Program-made: the position numbers and the translations under genes
Shown here: in pieces, positions 1-9,800 of the stretch
Numbering within the stretch: position 1 is the first letter of the stretch
Layout: each line of letters starts with the position of its first letter
Origin: Candidatus Uhrbacteria bacterium GW2011_GWE2_46_68
Lineage (GTDB): Bacteria; Patescibacteriota; Patescibacteriia; UBA9934; GWF2-40-263
Direction of reading: 5' to 3'
Assembly (NCBI GenBank): GCA_001002765.1
Contig: LCMS01000008.1
Location: 1-58,028, forward strand
Length of the DNA: 58,028 nucleotides
The notes under the pieces: generated by a model
What the model saw: only the letters and a program-made list of their open reading frames with translations
Databases searched by the model: none
What the model was told of the DNA's origin: nothing

Positions 1-17
1 CACAAAAAGTGAAAACT

Positions 18-66
18 GTCCCTCCGAAGTCCCGCCAACGGCGGGACGAAGGGGGACTCTGTCTTC
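18..66. repeat. Nested palindromic repeat, copy 1 (second copy at 35241-35290)
   Basis: gtccctcc-gaa-gtcccgcc-aac-ggcgggac-gaa-gggggac followed by tctgt; closely similar sequence lies between the two tRNA-Ser genes. Confidence 0.7.
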
Positions 67-103
67 TGAACCTCCTTTATCCGCTACTCTCCACGAAGCA
101 ATC

Positions 104-1279
104 ATGGATTCGGTTTCAAGTGTTCGTGATTCTCTTCCCAAAGAACACCGCGCGCATTTTGAAACTCTACGACAAGAGATCATTGATTTTACAAAAACTC
201 ACGGGATTTCCAGAGAATCTCTTGGTAAGCCCGATCTCCTCCGCGAGGCGACCGGCAAACTCTCCATTCCAGATCTCGAACGACTTGCCGATCTTCTTGA
301 GCGTTTTGAATATCTTCTCAAGAATGGGGAACCAAAGAAAGAAGACTATACCGAAGCCCTTGAGTATGCCGAAGAGTTTTATCATCTTCGCGAGCAATAT
401 GATTTCCAAGTCTCCCTTCTTGAACAAGTTGGGCTTCTCGAAAACGGAATGATCACGGGTATAGATGGTCATGAATATTCCATTCCAACTCTCGAACAAA
501 TTGCCATTCGTCTCTTTGAACGCCGTAGCGAACTTTTCACCAAACACGATCAAGGCTTTACCAAACTCCTCCTTGTTCCATTCGGGATGAGCCTTGATAC
601 TCTCCGAGAAACACTCAAACAATTCCTTCTTTCCCACAAGAAGTCCCATCCTTCCTTTGATCTTGATACTAATAATCCTCTCTGGATGCGTGAAGACTAT
701 CAAGGAGCAGACATAGGGGATTCTCCAAAGCTTGTCTATTATTCACAGTCTTTTGATCCGAAAGATCATCAAGGAAAGACAAAGATGGAGATACTTGAAG
801 AACAAGAAGACAATCAAGATTCCTTTCCTGGTTGGACTGTTCATCTTCTTCAGCCTTCTGATCCTTCCGATCCACATTCCCCGGGCTTTGCTTCCATTCC
901 CCGTGAAGGCCGAGGAACACCCCAGGGAGACCTCGTCGCTCGACCTCCTCTTGAAGCAGGTAAAACCCCCAGTGAATATCTTTCCATTTTTCAAGGAGCT
1001 CAAGGTGATAAAGACTCTCCCTATCATGGTGAAACAGGCACGACTCCCGAAGATTGGATCACAGCCTTTATGATTCATCTTTTGGAAACAGGAAAACCAA
1101 TGGATAACTGGCAAAATGACAAAGAAAGCATTTCTTACCTTATAGGAGCTTTTTTTCATTCCACCGTTACTGTGCCGCGTGCGTGTTGGGGTCGTAGTGC
1201 TCACCATGTCAGTCTTGGCGTGGATGTTCCTTGGCGTCAGACCGGAGGATTCGGCTCTCGTTTTTCGGTCATGATTTAA
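104..1279 (+). CDS. Paralog 1 of repeated protein family; putative DGR target (CLec-like variable C-terminus)
   Basis: Near-identical to ORFs at 51555, 52818, 54141 and 57658 except the last ~40 codons; TPEDW motif and terminal G-x-R-x-S-V. The frame is open back to base 2, so the true start may lie outside the window. Confidence 0.8.
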   Translation: MDSVSSVRDSLPKEHRAHFETLRQEIIDFTKTHGISRESLGKPDLLREATGKLSIPDLERLADLLERFEYLLKNGEPKKEDYTEALEYAEEFYHLREQYDFQVSLLEQVGLLENGMITGIDGHEYSIPTLEQIAIRLFERRSELFTKHDQGFTKLLLVPFGMSLDTLRETLKQFLLSHKKSHPSFDLDTNNPLWMREDYQGADIGDSPKLVYYSQSFDPKDHQGKTKMEILEEQEDNQDSFPGWTVHLLQPSDPSDPHSPGFASIPREGRGTPQGDLVARPPLEAGKTPSEYLSIFQGAQGDKDSPYHGETGTTPEDWITAFMIHLLETGKPMDNWQNDKESISYLIGAFFHSTVTVPRACWGRSAHHVSLGVDVPWRQTGGFGSRFSVMI

Positions 1280-1288
1280 TTTGCTCAT

Positions 1289-1310
1289 TCCGTGCAGCTT
1301 ACTGCGCGGA
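1289..1310 (+). other. Stem-loop just downstream of putative variable repeat
   Basis: tccgtgcag-ctta-ctgcgcgga: 9 bp stem (one G-T) with 4 nt loop, 9 nt after the stop codon; position resembles the DGR cis-acting hairpin. Confidence 0.4.
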
Positions 1311-1324
1311 GATTCATTTTTTCT

Positions 1325-2260
1325 ATGCCTCAAAAATATAAAACAGCCTTGGTGACCGGAGGAGCGGGGTTTATCGGATCCCATATCGTCGATGCGCTCA
1401 TTCGTCGGCATATAAAGGTATATGTGGTGGATGATCTTTCCCGCGGGCTTACCAAAAATGTGAATCCAAATGCACATTTCACCAAAATGTCTATTTTGAA
1501 TCCACAGTTACCAAAGCTCATGGAACGGATCAAACCTGATATCGTTTTTCATTGCGCGGCCCAGATTGATGTGCGCAAAGCTGTGGAAGATCCCGCCTTT
1601 GACGCCGAGGCCAATATTTTAGGCACGCTTAAGGTGGCGCATCTTGCCGGAAAACTTGGCGCCAAAAAATTTATTTTTTGCTCCACAGGCGGAGCCATGT
1701 ATTCCGATACCGCACGTCCTCCTTATAGTGAAAAAATTTCCGCTGACCCCATTTCTCCTTATGGCATTGCCAAGCGTTCAGCGGAAATGTATCTCTATTT
1801 TGAACACATGGTGCATGGCATGCCGTTTGTGGCGCTTCGATACGCCAATGTGTATGGGCCGCGTCAACGCTGCGATGGGGAAGCGGGAGTCATCGCGATT
1901 TTTGGAAAAAAGATGCTCGAAGGAAAACAAGCAGTGATCAATGGAGAGGGAAAACAAACACGCGATTATGTGTATATCGATGATGTGGTGCGCGCCAATA
2001 TGCTTGCGATGACTCATCCTGTCAGCGGCATTTATCATATTGGCACAAGCATACAAACAAGTGTGAATACGCTTTTTCGTAAAATCAAAAAACTCACCAA
2101 GTCCTCCGTACCTGAACGCCACGAGTCGGCTTGTCCTGGTGAAGTCATGCGTTCCGCGCTCGATTATCGCAAGGCAAAAAAAGAATTAGGATGGGTGCCG
2201 CAGGTATCATTGGATGAGGGATTAAAGAAAACGATTGCGTGGATGCAAATGCATACGTAG
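1325..2260 (+). CDS. NAD-dependent epimerase/dehydratase (UDP-glucose 4-epimerase-like)
   Basis: TGGAGFIG, YGIAK (YxxxK), RYANVYGPRQ and QTRDYVY motifs. Confidence 0.9.
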   Translation: MPQKYKTALVTGGAGFIGSHIVDALIRRHIKVYVVDDLSRGLTKNVNPNAHFTKMSILNPQLPKLMERIKPDIVFHCAAQIDVRKAVEDPAFDAEANILGTLKVAHLAGKLGAKKFIFCSTGGAMYSDTARPPYSEKISADPISPYGIAKRSAEMYLYFEHMVHGMPFVALRYANVYGPRQRCDGEAGVIAIFGKKMLEGKQAVINGEGKQTRDYVYIDDVVRANMLAMTHPVSGIYHIGTSIQTSVNTLFRKIKKLTKSSVPERHESACPGEVMRSALDYRKAKKELGWVPQVSLDEGLKKTIAWMQMHT

Positions 2261-2284
2261 GGGTGAACGGCCGTTCACCCCTAC
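2257..2284. repeat. GTAG-type REP, perfect 28 bp palindrome
   Basis: gtaggggtgaacgg|ccgttcacccctac; its TAG is the stop codon of the epimerase. Confidence 0.8.
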
Positions 2285-2310
2285 CGGATATTGGATTGAA
2301 ATTTTATAAC

Positions 2311-2931
2311 ATGCCCCACATCACCCAATCACAATTGACGCGAGCGGTGCAGATACTCAAACAAGGCGGCGTCGTTCTCTTTCCCACCGAGACAGTGTAT
2401 GGCCTTGCGGCAGATGCAACAAACAGAAAAGCTCTACGACGTTTGCGCTTACTCAAGGGTCGCGCTAGAGAAAAAACGTTCCCCTTGATTGTTTCAAGTT
2501 TTGCCATGGCAAAACGTTATGCGATTTTTTCCCCGCGACTTTTAGCGCTTGCAAAGCGTTATTGGCCGGGGGCGTTGACCATCATCGCTCCCGTACGTCC
2601 TCAATCCGGATTAGCACCAGATGTTATTTGTCATGGCACGATTGCGATTCGTGTTTCCTCTCATCCTGTGGCAAGATCGCTTTCCCGTCGCTTGAACGGG
2701 CCGATCATCGCCACTTCGGCCAATCATTCGGGCGATCCGTGCGCATATACCACCAAAGAAGCTCTGGCCTCGCTTGGAAAATCCGTAGAGATACTTTTGG
2801 ACGCGGGGCCTCTTTCTAAACGCGCATCCTCGACTATCATCAAAGAAGAAGACGGAAAGATCACGGTGTTAAGGCGAGGGAGCATTAAAATACCAAAATG
2901 GTATGTGGCCGAGAGCAAAAAAAAGCTATAG
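2311..2931 (+). CDS. tsaC: L-threonylcarbamoyladenylate synthase (Sua5/YrdC)
   Basis: PTETVYGL, KGR, YWPGALT and ATSANHSG motifs. Confidence 0.93.
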   Translation: MPHITQSQLTRAVQILKQGGVVLFPTETVYGLAADATNRKALRRLRLLKGRAREKTFPLIVSSFAMAKRYAIFSPRLLALAKRYWPGALTIIAPVRPQSGLAPDVICHGTIAIRVSSHPVARSLSRRLNGPIIATSANHSGDPCAYTTKEALASLGKSVEILLDAGPLSKRASSTIIKEEDGKITVLRRGSIKIPKWYVAESKKKL

Positions 2932-3715
2932 CCAAAATTTTCTTAAAGATCGCCATGTGCTCGCGAAGATTATTGAAGCTTCCGAAATTCAAAAAGGGGA
3001 AAGAGTGCTTGAAATCGGATCGGGAACCGGGGAGTTGACCCAAGTCTTGGTGGACGCAGGAGCGCAAGTGCTGGCCGTGGAATTAGATCATGATCTCATT
3101 CCCATTCTGACAAAACGCTTCGGAGCATCTATTGATCTTGTAAAAGGAGATATTTTTGACGTGATTCCATCGGGAATCTCGGTAGAAATAAAAACGTCTA
3201 CAAAGACTATCACTTTAGAAGAAGGGAAGTATAAGATCGTGGCGAATATTCCCTATGCGATCACTTCTCCTATTTTGGAAAGATTTTTATCAATTTCCCC
3301 GCGACCATCAAGTCTTATTCTCACTATTCAACGAGAGGTCGCGGATAGGATCATGGCAGAACCTCCTGATATGAGTTTGTTATCCGTTGTCTGTCAACTC
3401 TATGGACAATGTCGTCGCGTCCTCAAAGTCTCCAAAGGCGCATTTGCACCTGTACCAAAAGTGGATTCTGCGGTTATGCGGTTCGATCTTTTGAAAGATC
3501 ATCAACCAAAATATATTGAGCCTGTGGTTGCGTTAGCCAAACAAGGATTTTCTGCCAGGCGTAAGCAATTACACCACAATCTTCATGGCTTCCAGGGAAT
3601 AACCGAAACACAGGTCAAAGAGACCCTTGTAAAGATGGGACTCGATCCGCGTGTGCGCGCGGAAAATCTTACGCCACCACAATGGATGGATTTACACGCA
3701 CGATTATTTTTTTAA
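2903..3715 (+). CDS. rsmA: 16S rRNA dimethyladenosine transferase KsgA
   Basis: QNFL, LEIGSGTG, VANIPYAIT, F-x-P-x-PKVDS and RRKQL motifs. Confidence 0.95.
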   Translation: MWPRAKKSYSQNFLKDRHVLAKIIEASEIQKGERVLEIGSGTGELTQVLVDAGAQVLAVELDHDLIPILTKRFGASIDLVKGDIFDVIPSGISVEIKTSTKTITLEEGKYKIVANIPYAITSPILERFLSISPRPSSLILTIQREVADRIMAEPPDMSLLSVVCQLYGQCRRVLKVSKGAFAPVPKVDSAVMRFDLLKDHQPKYIEPVVALAKQGFSARRKQLHHNLHGFQGITETQVKETLVKMGLDPRVRAENLTPPQWMDLHARLFF

Positions 3716-3825
3716 AACCTGTGCAAAACTTTTTAAAAACTTCTGGGGTTACCGGAGGTTTTTTGTTATACTGAGAAAGCAAGCAATCCTCGTGAGTTCA
3801 GTGAAAAATCACAGAGGATGCGGAT

Positions 3826-4500
3826 ATGCCAAAGAGTTTCCAATCGGATCGGCAGCATCACGAACTTTCCTCCGAGCAGAAGGTCGGTTTTTTGTTATTG
3901 ATGATTTTAGGTGTGGGGGGATTGGTACTCGGATTTCGTTCCATGCGCTCCAGTTTATATCGCCCATTTGAAGAACAAGTGATGGAATATGCGGGCCAGG
4001 ATTTCTTGACATCCAGTGAAGCGGAAGAAAAACAAAAACAAGAACAAAAAAATATTGATACGGATGGAGATACATTAAGCGATTACGATGAGCTCTACGT
4101 CTTTAAGACAAGTCCTTATCTTCCTGATACAGATTCTGATGGGTATAGCGATGATGTGGAGGTTTTTTCGAGCAATGACCCCAATTGCCCCATGGGATCG
4201 GACTGTACTGTGATTTCTGCCGAGACGGCAGGAAGCGATGAAGTGGACACAGCCGAAATGCTCGAAGGAGTGGGAGTGGATGGAGAACAAGTAGAGTCTT
4301 TGCAAACACAAGAGGAAATCATGGCCTACTTTATGAGCATGACTCCTGATCAAATTCGGGAGATGCTTTTGGAGGCCGGGGTTACAAAAGAAGAGATTGA
4401 TGCATTAAGTGATGAAGAGATTCAAAGTTTGTTCGACGCTTCGCTCACCGAGGCTCTCGCTTCCGGATCGCTCGATCAAACACAAATCGAAACCGAATAA
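3826..4500 (+). CDS. Membrane-anchored acidic protein with Ca-binding DTDxDG repeats (bacterial TSP3-like)
   Basis: N-terminal TM helix; DTDGDTLSDYDE and DTDSDGYSD repeats; directly upstream of the giant gene. Confidence 0.75.
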   Translation: MPKSFQSDRQHHELSSEQKVGFLLLMILGVGGLVLGFRSMRSSLYRPFEEQVMEYAGQDFLTSSEAEEKQKQEQKNIDTDGDTLSDYDELYVFKTSPYLPDTDSDGYSDDVEVFSSNDPNCPMGSDCTVISAETAGSDEVDTAEMLEGVGVDGEQVESLQTQEEIMAYFMSMTPDQIREMLLEAGVTKEEIDALSDEEIQSLFDASLTEALASGSLDQTQIETE

Positions 4501-4503
4501 CGT

Positions 4504-6837
4504 ATGTTTGGCGTTTTCAAAATAAAAATAAAAAGGGCAGGGAAAATAAGCGTCTTTAGTATTGTATTGACCGTGCTTTTGTTTGCCGGTTTTTTCCAAC
4601 CGATTTTTGTGCAAGCGCAAGTGGACCCTATCGCCACCACCGAGGCTGCACTTGAAACAGCATCCGGGGCTGTTCCTGGAATATACGCGAATCCTCCCGA
4701 AGGCGCGGCAAAGGCATTGGAAACCACGGATGAAAAAATCATCAAACCTACCATTCAAGTCGCGCTTTTAAGTGCGCTTCTCAATCTGGGGACTTTTGTA
4801 TTCGATCGTCTTGCCTATGATGCGGCCATGGCGGTCGCCACAGGAGGTGAGGGTCAATCACTACTCATTTGGGACAAGTCGGCTGTGGATAATTGGGCGC
4901 AATTTGGTTTGGATGTGGCAGGGGAGGCGATGGGATCTTTATCCGAGCTTTCCGGAGAGTTGCTCGACATCAAGTTTAATCTTTGTACACCCGAAGATCC
5001 TTTGATTCTTTTGGCTTTACAGCTTTCAATCAAACAAGCCTATCAACCCGAAGAGCCAAAATGTGATTTTCGTGATATCCAAAAAAATTGGAGCTCTTTT
5101 CTTTCCTCCACAGTGAGTCGTTATGTCACTCCCGAGGGGATCAGCCAGACGGTACTGGAAACATTTGGCAAAGGATTGCGGCCGGGAAATAACGAGCTAA
5201 GCGCAGCCATTGGTCTCAATATCAAGGTGCATGAGCAAGTGGCTCAAGCGAAATGGAAAAACTTTTTTACTCAAAATGCTTCGGATGGATTCCAGGATGT
5301 GCGGGATTTTTTAACCGGAACCGTCAAAACCCCGGCCTCCATTTTAAAGACAAAGTTTGAAGAAGACGTGGTCAAAGCGGAAGATAAAAAAGTAAATTTG
5401 ACCATGAGCGCGGTTTTGGAAAACACCCATCTTATCTCTGGTATGTTTTTGCAGGCAGCCAGTGTGTTTACCAATACGCTTTTATCCCAACTCCTCAACA
5501 AACTATATACAGGGTTGTTTGATATTGAACCTACGGAAATTGATTTATCCGATTATGAAGGCGTGTCGGTTGGAAGCATGGAAGATGCGGAGGAAAGTTT
5601 TTCACGCATCGTGACAACAAATCCCATTTCTGTAACCGAATATAATGCGTTGAGCGAATTTGTCGTATGTCCAAGCGGGGGAGTCATGAACCGCAATCTT
5701 AACAATTGTGTCATGGATGCAAATCTCGCGGCTGCAGTAGCGCGCGGGGAAACATCCGGAGAAACTTCTCTTACGGTGCAAGAAGCGATCGATGAAGGGT
5801 TGTTGCGCGGAGATTGGCCGCTTATTTCCCCTGAAGATTTGGCACGCAATCAAGACCCCTATTGCTATACCTATGGGTATTGCTATGGCAATGTCGTTAA
5901 AATGCGCAAAGCGCGCATTGTTCCGGTTGGATGGGAAATGGCTGCCATGCGCAACAGTTCTTCCAATCCTTCCACGCTTCAGGAAATTGTGGATGGATTC
6001 GATGATTGTGATGCAAACGGGAATATTGATGATGACACGCACAAGTGGTGCCATTTGATTGACCCCAATTGGGTGCTCAAATATCCAGACACACAATGTC
6101 GCGCTATAGCCATGGGTGAGATTATGACAACTTCACTGTCGTCCGGGCGTGCAAGTTCTTGTGTGGATACCCCAAGTTGCATTGAGGAAAATGGAGAAGG
6201 ACAGTGTATCGGCGGGTATGGGTATTGTGTGCGTGAGAAAAATACGTGGCAGTTTCGCGGGCAAGAATGTCCAAGCGAGTATGCCACATGTCTCTCGTTT
6301 ACCGAAAATTATTCCGGTGAAAAAGTGAATTATCTTTTGGATACCGTGGACTTTAGCGTGTGTGACAGCGAAAACGCGGGGTGCGAGTGGCTACGTACCA
6401 ATCAATATTATAACGATGGGGGAACACTTTCCGATACAAGCGATGATTCCTATGGTTGGCTTGGGCCAAACGAAACATTTGATACAGCCGCGCGCGCGGC
6501 ATCAGTGCAGTATGCCGGCACCTCACGATCCACAAGTCCCATCACCTATATGGCAGACTCCGGAACGGCCTATACATACAACCGCTATGCTTATGAGGAT
6601 CGCGTGTACTTTAATCATGAAGTCGAGGCTTGTACCTCAAGTGATGCGGGATGCGGTGAGTTTTACGAAATTGACAACGGGCTTACCTTAAACGTCATTC
6701 AAAATTCCAGTTTTGAAGATGATGAAGATGATGACAATGTCCCTGATTCTTGGAGCCGGATTATGTTTGGACCGATGAAACCGCACAGATCGTGCAACAA
6801 GGAATCACGCTTTCACCACACGCTTTTTATACCTTGA
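4504..6837 (+). CDS. Giant Cys-rich exported protein, N-terminal part (frameshift near 6750)
   Basis: Signal peptide ending VQA, hydrophobic helices, then Cys-rich modules; composition degrades after DDDNVPDSW, where the next frame takes over. Confidence 0.8.
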   Translation: MFGVFKIKIKRAGKISVFSIVLTVLLFAGFFQPIFVQAQVDPIATTEAALETASGAVPGIYANPPEGAAKALETTDEKIIKPTIQVALLSALLNLGTFVFDRLAYDAAMAVATGGEGQSLLIWDKSAVDNWAQFGLDVAGEAMGSLSELSGELLDIKFNLCTPEDPLILLALQLSIKQAYQPEEPKCDFRDIQKNWSSFLSSTVSRYVTPEGISQTVLETFGKGLRPGNNELSAAIGLNIKVHEQVAQAKWKNFFTQNASDGFQDVRDFLTGTVKTPASILKTKFEEDVVKAEDKKVNLTMSAVLENTHLISGMFLQAASVFTNTLLSQLLNKLYTGLFDIEPTEIDLSDYEGVSVGSMEDAEESFSRIVTTNPISVTEYNALSEFVVCPSGGVMNRNLNNCVMDANLAAAVARGETSGETSLTVQEAIDEGLLRGDWPLISPEDLARNQDPYCYTYGYCYGNVVKMRKARIVPVGWEMAAMRNSSSNPSTLQEIVDGFDDCDANGNIDDDTHKWCHLIDPNWVLKYPDTQCRAIAMGEIMTTSLSSGRASSCVDTPSCIEENGEGQCIGGYGYCVREKNTWQFRGQECPSEYATCLSFTENYSGEKVNYLLDTVDFSVCDSENAGCEWLRTNQYYNDGGTLSDTSDDSYGWLGPNETFDTAARAASVQYAGTSRSTSPITYMADSGTAYTYNRYAYEDRVYFNHEVEACTSSDAGCGEFYEIDNGLTLNVIQNSSFEDDEDDDNVPDSWSRIMFGPMKPHRSCNKESRFHHTLFIP

Positions 6838-9800
6838 GTTTTTATGCGCGTGAGGAGGAAACCAGTGAAGTGGATTTGCAAGTGTATCTCACCTTGGTGG
6901 ATGCACAGGGGGATGCCGTGGATCTTTCCGGCTATTCGTACGGAGGAGACTGTACGCGTTTAGCAAATATTTTTACGATCGGAGCATCGATTGATGAAAG
7001 CGAATGGACACGTTATTCTTGCACCTTTACGACCGCCGATGAGACAACCTATGCCGAGGTTTCAGTCGGTTCTGATGAAAACATCTTTTTTGACGCAATC
7101 CAGCTTGAGTATGGCGAAAACGCGAATGATTTTGTTGAAGGTTATAATGACAATACCCTCACCTCCACGTACTTGATCGCTCCGCCCGATTATCTCGGAT
7201 GTGAAGGAGATGAAGATGATCCAAGCGCTTGTGACAACTATGCGCAAGTGTGTGCGTCCGCGGAAGCCGGATGTTTGTTGTATACGCCGCAAGATGGTGA
7301 TCCGTCGGTCCCGGCCATTTTATCCTCAAGCGACGAATGTCCGGACGAGTGCGTGGGTTATACCACCTATAAGCAAGAATCCACCCTGTACGACAGCGAA
7401 GAATTTCCCTTGTATTTCATTGAAGATCGCGCTGTCGCTTGCACCGAGCAATATGCGGGTTGTGAAAGTTTTACAAATTTAAGCGCCGTGGAAACCGGAG
7501 GAGAAACAGCCGAGTCTTACACCTATTTGCGTCCCTGTCTGACCGAGGAAATGTCAGACGGCACCAGCGACAAAGAATCCTCCACATTTTTTACATGGGA
7601 GGGGTCAGATGTGGAGGGGTATCAATTGCGTACCTGGCAACTTCTTGAATCCAATGGAAGCGATAGCGCCACCCTGACATTCGTTGCTTCTGCGGAAACC
7701 GAACAAGATATCGGTCAGGCTCCTTGTACACAATGGAATGTCACATCAGAGACAACGATCGCTTGCGATGACATAACAGGTGCACATTTGGTGGACATTG
7801 CCAGGGATGATACATGCGATCAGCATGACGACATTTTTGAAAATCCCGATTGTCGCGAGTTTTTTGACAGCGAAGGAAAAGTGCACTATCGCCTGTGGTC
7901 ACAAACCATTTCGGTGACCGATGCATGTGTGGCTTATCGTTTGGATAATGCCGAGCAATTGGATTGCGAGGATTCGGGCGGGTATTGGACAAGCGCAGGC
8001 GCATGTCGTTATTTCGGTTTTTCGGAAGAAAGCACACAGTGTCCTGTCTCTTCGGTTGGGTGTCGTGAATATACCGGCGGCGCCGGACGCAATGCTTCCA
8101 CGGTTTTTTCCGATACATTTGAAGACGGTGATGTGGCCGGATATGAAACCACTTATGCGATATCATCTTTGAGCAACGAGTCCGTTGCCACAGACGGTCA
8201 CTCTCTCAAAATCGTTATTCCTCCCTCCATAACTTTGGGGTATGTAAAGACTCTTCAGTCCTACGCGGTTTCCGCCACTCCATCAACCATTTTTGATTCC
8301 ACAGATGCGACGAGCTGTACTTCCGGATCCATTGTGGGTTCTTTCTGTGAGATTGATGCGGACGGAGATGGAACAGTGGATTGTTCGATTGAGGAAGCGG
8401 ATAATTCCTGCGGAACCTTGGATGATACACTCGTGGAAGGTAAAACTTTTGTGTTGAGTTTCTGGGCCAAGGGAAATGGAAATCTTTATGTGGAATTGGT
8501 AGAGGCCGGAGGGGGCGGGACAGCTCATGATTTTGTGGATGCCACTGATGCCACAGTAACGTCCATTGCCCTTGACGGTTCTTGGCAGTTGTATGAACTG
8601 GGACCCCTGGACACCAGTGACTTCACAGATTTTGATGACAGTGCGGTTTTGCGCTGGAGCGCGGATGCAAACGTTACTTTTTACCTTGATAATATCTCGC
8701 TCAAACAAGCGGAGGAGAACATTACTCTTATAAAAGATTCCTGGGTCGTGCCTTCCACATGCGATCAAACTCCCACGGGTGTGGATGCGGATCAGTATTA
8801 CCTCGGCTGCGAAGCGTATACCGACAGCGAGGGAGAAGATGCGTATGCCTATCAATTTTCCGATTTATGCCGCGAGGATGCAGTGGGATGCAAAGCTTTT
8901 TACGATACGCAAGAGAGTGACTCGGAATATACTCAAGTCTTTAGCGCGCGTTGCGAAAATCACACGGCAGGCGATCCCGCCGATCCGGTTGCGGTTTCTT
9001 CCACGACAAATTGTGTCGTGGACGGTGTCACTTATTGTGCGATTACCACAGGACGTTCTTATTGTTTGTTTGATTTTGACGGTTCGCTGCCTGTGGATCT
9101 TCCTTCCGATTCCACCATGAGTGTGATTTTGGGTCCTGAGGCTGTTGTGGTTACAAACGACACTCCGCGTCATTTGATCGAAAGCGATAGTATGACATGT
9201 TCAGACGCAGCAGTCGGGTGTCAGGAATTGGGATTTCCAACGTATTCCCAAGATAAAACCGAAGTGACGGAGTTTACCTCGGTTTACTTTATCAATGACC
9301 CCGAAAGTTACGGAGACATTTTGTGCGATGATGAAGCGTTGTTTTGTGAGGCGTGGACAGGGACCGAGCAGGGAACGTATTACTACAAAGACCCTGTGGA
9401 TCAAACGTGTACGTATGAAACCGAAGTAACGGTTGGAAGTGTGGAGTATTCGGGGTGGTTTAGATCTGATGCACAAGAACCTTGTTATTGGACAGATGTT
9501 GATGGGGATGAGGCTTTTACCTCGGCCGATACTGCGTATTTGATTTCCGGAACCCAGGCCGGTATTTGGCGAAATGGGGATGATGCGTATGTGGGCTGGG
9601 TTGCGGAGTGCAAATCAACTTATGATTTGTGTTCCGAGTTTATTGATCCTATGGATGTGGCCGCCGGGCTGTATGAGGATGGCATGTCCTATTATTATCT
9701 TGATGATGAAGAGCTTGATGAAAGCACTTTGCGCGACAGCGAACGTTGCAGTGGGAAGGTGAGTCAAAAAGAAGGCTGTGCGCTTTTCTTAAACACTACA

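Noticed and set aside
6740-6780. Programmed frameshift or phase-variable tract in the giant gene
   Set aside because: No homopolymer or slippery heptamer at the junction
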